Shown here: one piece after another, positions 58,561 through 64,000 of the stretch
How the letters are laid out: each line of letters opens with the position of its first letter
Position numbering within the stretch: position 1 is the stretch's first letter
Assembly (NCBI RefSeq): GCF_009914755.1
Contig: NC_060938.1
Strand: one strand, 5' to 3'
From: the human T2T-CHM13v2.0 reference genome, Homo sapiens
DNA length: 64,000 bases
The notes under the pieces: model-generated
Databases searched by the model: none
What the model saw: only the letters and a program-made list of their open reading frames with translations
Told to the model about the DNA's origin: nothing
Position numbers and translations under genes: made by a program

Positions 58561-59133
58561 ACTTTTAACTAATATCATAGTGCTTGATTGTGAAGGTAGA
58601 AAAACAAGACTTCATCCCAACCCTCCAGTAGGACCTTAATACAAAAGGAAGTGAATGCCATTTACATGATCATTAATAATCAAGTATCACAGTTCCTTTT
58701 GCTGATGTGATAGGCTGTCTGCCTTTTTCCTAATTCCTGCTCATTCTTTAGGCATCAGTTGAATTGAAAGCCTTCCCTAATGCTCAGTCTGAATTATGCA
58801 ACCTGTTATTCTCTTTCAAAGTACCTTATTGTCCTCCATAGCACTTATATTTCTTTATCTATTTGTATGTTTCCATAATGTCTCTTCCCTATTAGTCAAC
58901 AGTAAAAGTCATGCCATTTTTTGATACTGCCTCCCTTTCAGGATAAGTCATGTCTCTTACTTCAGAAAAAAAATCAATGCTATCGGAGGCAAAGCCTTTC
59001 AAGTTTTCATTTTACTGTACTATTTACATTTTTACCTTCTTTCATCTTATGGAAAGTGCATTTCCTCTGAATCAAAGTTAATTATTTGCAGTTCTCACAT
59101 GTGCTGTTTTTATCCTGTAAGACTTTGTAGCCA

Positions 59134-59134
<1 letters not shown>

Positions 59135-59191
<57 letters not shown>
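59135..59191. repeat. Compound microsatellite (TC)11(AC)17
   Basis: Read directly. Confidence 0.97.
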
Positions 59192-59192
<1 letters not shown>

Positions 59193-59469
59193 TGGCAACC
59201 TCTTCTAGATCATTTCTAGAGATTAAGAACATTCTGGCATGACTAGTCTTTGTCATCTTAAAATAATTTCTCCTCACAATTTACTTCTCTCCAGTCATAT
59301 GCTCTTCCTTTTGCTGTTTCTATAGCTCCACTCCTCTCTAGAGCACTCCATGGTTACTGTGTCTACTTTCCAGTTATTCATCCTTCCTCAGGCCACTACA
59401 ATAGTTTAAGAAAATTGCTGCGGCAAATACCACCCATGATTTCTTGATTAAAACGAAAACATATAATTA

Positions 59470-59693
59470 ATCTTTATTTTAACTTTTATTTTAAGTTAGG
59501 GGCCCAAGAGCAGGTTTGTTACATAGGTAAACTTCTGTCATAGTCTGTACACAGATGAAATAATCTGTACCTAGGTATTAAGCCTAGTACCTATTAGTTA
59601 TTTTTCCTTATCCCCTCCTCCTCCCACCCTCCACCCTCCAATAGGCCCCAGTGTGTGTTGTTCCTCTCTATTGTGTTCTTATTTAGCTCCCAC
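59470..59693 (-). mobile_element. L1PA11-13-like 3' end
   Basis: 'aggtattaagcctagtacc...ataggccccagtgtgtgttgttcc'. Confidence 0.85.
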
Positions 59694-59736
59694 ACCTTAC
59701 AATACTGTTTGACAGTTAACTGCCCCATTTTTAAAA

Positions 59737-60150
59737 AATTTATTTTATTTTACTTTAAGTCCTTCGATACATGTGCAGAACATGCAGTTTTGTTACACAG
59801 GTATACATGTGCCGTGGTAGTTTACTGCACCTATTAACCCATAATCTAGGTTTTAAGCCCCACATGCATTATTTGTCCTAATGCTCTCCCTCCCCTTGCC
59901 CCCCACCCCCCAACAGGACCCGGTGCATGATGTTCCCTTCCCTGTGTCCATGTGTTCTCATTGTTCAATTCCCACTTATGAGTGAGAACACACAGTGTTT
60001 GGTTTTCTGTTCCTGTGTTAGTTTGCTGAGAATGATGGCTTCCAGCTTTATCCATGTCCCTGCAAAGGACATGAACTCATTCTTTTTTGTGGCTGTATAG
60101 TATTCCATGGTGTATATGTGCCACATTTTCTTTATCCAGTCTACCATTTA
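59737..60150 (-). mobile_element. L1PA8-like 3' end
   Basis: 'atctaggttttaagccccacatgcatta'; TSD actgccccatt(t/c)ttaaaa at 59719 and 60153. Confidence 0.92.
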
Positions 60151-60665
60151 TGACTGCCCCATTCTTAAAACTCAATTTCACCTGACTTCTGAGATACTCA
60201 TCTCTCCTGTTCTCTTACACCTCTGACAGTTTCTACTTAGTTCCCTTTGCTGATTTGTGTTCTACTTGTTCTTTAATATTAGTAATTATCAGAGTTCTGT
60301 TTCTCCTTACTTTAAAGAAAAAAAAAGCCTTATTTCTGAATGACACTGTGGTTTCAAAGATGTATCATGAAAGAGTTTCCAAGCAAGGAATGAAATTAGA
60401 GCTGCTTTCTGAAAATTGCACATACATCAACAACATTTATTGTCTATGTGCGTGATGGTTACTGAGGACATGGTATTTATTGATCATAAAAAAATACTAC
60501 CACACTTGCATTTCTAAACCATGTCACTATAACCCACTATAACCTATATCTGATATATAGACCAATATTTTCAAAGTCTATTAGATATATGCCACATGTT
60601 TGCCTCAAAAACAATATGTCCAAAATGAGCTCATCAAATAGCCTACCAAATTTGTTCTTTCTCCC

Positions 60666-61042
60666 TGTATTAATCTGTTTTCATGCTACAGATAAAGACA
60701 TACCTGGGACTGGACAATTTTCATAAGAAAGAGGTTTAATGGACATACAGTTCCATGTGGCTGGGAAGCCTCACAATCATGGTGGAAGGCAAGGACGAGC
60801 AAGTCACATCTTACATGGATGGCAGCAGCAAAAAGAAAAAGAGCTTGTACAAGGAAACTCCTATACAAGGTTTAAAACCATCAGATCTCGTGAGACTTAT
60901 TCACTACCATGAGAACAGCACAGGAAACCCCCACCCACCCCCATGATTCAATTATCTCCCACCAGTTCCCTCCCACAACATGTGGGAATTATGTGAATTA
61001 CAAGATGAGATTTGGGTGGGGACACAGAGCCAAACTATATTA
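60666..61042 (-). mobile_element. THE1A-like MaLR solo LTR inside an L2 remnant
   Basis: 'tgtattaatctgttttcatgct' ... 'gacacagagccaaactatatta'; TSD ctccc/ctcct. Confidence 0.92.
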
Positions 61043-61749
61043 CTCCTGTATGCTTTCTCTCAATAAATGGACCACAACCTACCCAGGAAGCAAAGTAAAA
61101 CACTTGGTAAAATATAGTCTGCTACTTCCCTCTCCTTCTATACTTCTAACCAGTCAGAAATCTAGTTAATTAGATTTCCTTAATATCTCTTATATTTCAC
61201 TATGTGGACATGGGCTATTTTTGCTTATCCAACCAATATATAAGAACCATCACCTTAGATAGTAAGGAAGCCATGAGTTACAAGTTTTACACTTTGTGCT
61301 GACAAGAAGACATTGGGTTTGGCAGAAGATGATCAATAAAAATAAATATTTAACTTATTGGTGGAATCAGATTCCACGAATGAATTTTGCCAGATTCAGC
61401 TAACAGTGAATGCAGTGAGCATAAACCACATTTCTGTGGTAAAGAGTATCTTTGTAAGTAAAGGAAGTTGGTGGTCCCTGAAGTCGCATAAAATGAAGAA
61501 ACTTGATTATATTTAATTTTGTATATAAGAATGAAATAATATTAGTGACTAATTCCCATTTTAAGTTTTTAAAATCCTATTCCAAATACAATTTTCCTAT
61601 TAAGATCACATGTAAATAAAATGTGTAAATGCTAATTTATTCAGATTTAGAATGTATAATTATGGTCAAATACAAACTGTAAAGTTCAGATTAATGTATT
61701 CTCTGAAACATTTCTAGAGTTTGCTAATAAGTGAATCCAATTGCTGTTA

Positions 61750-61930
61750 TTAGTCTAGCACTTATTATAAGCGAGGCATTTTGCTATGTACTATCTATGG
61801 ATTATTTTCCTTATTCCCTATAAAACTTTATGAGTTAGATATTGTTTTATCAATATTATTCTCTAATACAGATGAGGAAACTTAGGCTTAGAGAGAAAGC
61901 TAGAGCTTCCCTAAATATGTACAATCTGAA
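61750..61930 (-). mobile_element. MIR SINE
   Basis: 'acagatgaggaaacttaggcttagagag'. Confidence 0.75.
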
Positions 61931-64000
61931 ATTCTAACAATCCTGTATCTACCACATTGCTCACCTCTGTTTTGATATTTTCACTTATCTAACTAATTTT
62001 ATATTGGCATTTCCTTTTGGGTATGTAATAAAATAGCATTGATTTTTAAACTATTTATAGTTCTTGTTTTGGTTAAAATAGACTAGCTTTTATCTTCTTA
62101 ATTGTCTCCTTTACATCTTCCTTTTTGTTAAAATTAGTCTAATTTTACTATACATATTACCATGCTACTCATCTTATTGACATCCAGCATTCAAATTTCA
62201 TAGAATAAAGACTCCAAATAGACAGAGACTTTATCTCCTGCAGTATACTCTAAGAAGATACAAACCTGATCCCAGAAGTATTAATATTTGTATTTAAAAT
62301 TAACAATTAAATATTTGCTTGAAGCGACTATAGCAGATAAAGATTGAAATCAATTGAGACAGATACAGAGATAATGACAGAATTATCTAAAAGCATGGTG
62401 CTATCAATTAACCTGAATTAACTAAGATAATTTTGTTTACTCAGTTTTACCTTAGATATCAACAGTGATAGTAGGTTCCCTGCTAACCTTCAAACAATGA
62501 CACAAGCATAAATATTAGCTACGATATTTTTTCATAAGCTAAAAAAAGCATGATAATTCCATGTGGAACCTAATTTTAAAAACATTTTATCATCCATTCT
62601 GAGAATCTCCCACATTTCCAAACAGAACCCCCAAGCCCCTCTCACATCATTCTTTCCTGTTAAGAAAGTCATGAGCTCCTAAACACTTTAACTGGTTTTC
62701 TTCTTGAAGGACAGAGACTCGTGGAGGGAAATCGCCATAAGCAAAGTAGCGCAGAGTGAAACACCATTTTTCTTGCAGGTGTCAGAGCAGAGAGATTTGG
62801 GGCGCTTGCCTGACTGGAGCTGCGTTGTCTGTGACAGTAAATATCCTGGCACAGCAGTGACTACAAAGTGCAACCTGTTTTTTCTCTGTGCATTGTGTGG
62901 GTTGGGATTTTTCATTTCATACTTCATTTGCACCTGCTGAGTGATGCCACAGAATGGCAAGACTCCATCTCCTCCCACTTAGGAAGCAGCACATTACGCA
63001 CAGCAGTGGCACCCATGCCAGTCATCAAGGCCCTGGCCTAATCCTTGTTGTGAGCGCAGAACTATCTTCCTTTTGCAGTCCTGCATAGGTGATAAAAGAA
63101 AAGTACTAAGATTTGATTAATAAGGATACAAAACAAAAGTAGCCTGCAATTCACTCTCTCACTCTCTTTACTTTTTAATTATATCTGCTCACCAATGCTT
63201 GGTTTCCATCAAATGCTGTTTTTCAAGAAAAAGTAGTGTCCTTTAAATATAGAGTATAATTAACAGGCAGTCAGGGAGGGAGAGATGTGAATCACTTTTA
63301 AAATTTTGGGATTACCCCTGTTATGCCTTGTATGATAATTATTTTAAATCTAAATATTTATCAAACATTTCAACATGATTTGAAAACATGCACACGTCAA
63401 TGTTTAAACAACCTGTCTATACTTAGAAGGCCTACTTTTTACTGAGGACATGCTCACATTCACTAGTGGAAAAGTATGCCTGGAATACTAAACACTGATT
63501 TAAACATAAGCTTAGTGGAAAATACATATCACATTCAAATTAAGTAATTTCTGAAAGAAAATCAGAAATAAAAAAAGAGAATCTGGATTTATGAAACGTT
63601 CCCTCAAAGAGACCAAAGACATATTGGACTCTTGAATGAAATTGATTAACCCATCATTTCTAAGATATATCTGGAAATATATACATATATATATAATTAT
63701 ATTAAGGAAAACAAAACAAACACCTAAAAATAATAAGGATCTACTTAAAGCAAAAATGTCCTATTCAGAATATTAAGTGTACTTAAAAGCATGGTAACAC
63801 AGTCAGGAACTGTACTGAGTCCAATTCATCACAAGATTATACTAGAAAGAATGCTATTGAAAGAGTCTATGCAATATGTGATTGAATAACAGATGATTCT
63901 CACAGTTACGAAGGGGTAGATCATTTCATAATTTAAAAGATCCTGCATAATTTTAGGAACAAGGGTGTAGAGTGGACTTAGATCTTCTGCAGAGTACTCT

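Noticed and set aside
62704-62940. ORF with WSCVVC...CALCG, reminiscent of a RanBP2-type zinc finger
   Set aside because: Starts at TTG, cysteine spacing is wrong, the conserved Asn is absent, and there is no gene context

Overview
Primate, most likely human, nuclear genomic DNA. It is AT-rich and CpG-depleted, and carries AluY/AluS, L1PA5-16 and THE1 elements. I see no intact protein-coding gene, RNA gene or CRISPR array; the ORF track is almost entirely repeat-derived or chance. Much of the window is nested transposable elements: L1, L2, MIR, Alu, MaLR/ERVL/ERV1 solo LTRs, a near-full-length Tigger1 and hAT MITEs. The one recognisable gene-derived sequence is a 5'-truncated EIF4A1 retrocopy (37726-38020) that the ORF track does not call in the sense frame. 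A repeat-poor block (about 48.5-57 kb) holds a pre-miRNA-sized hairpin, a strong CTCF motif in a CpG-retaining patch and weak exon candidates. The best-supported oddities are mechanistic fossils: one L1 target site used twice, 5'-inverted L1s, a fold-back junction and a micro-inversion. I found no convincing new biological system. Repeat subfamily names come from my recall of consensus sequences and need RepeatMasker/Dfam confirmation. Boundaries without a TSD are approximate.
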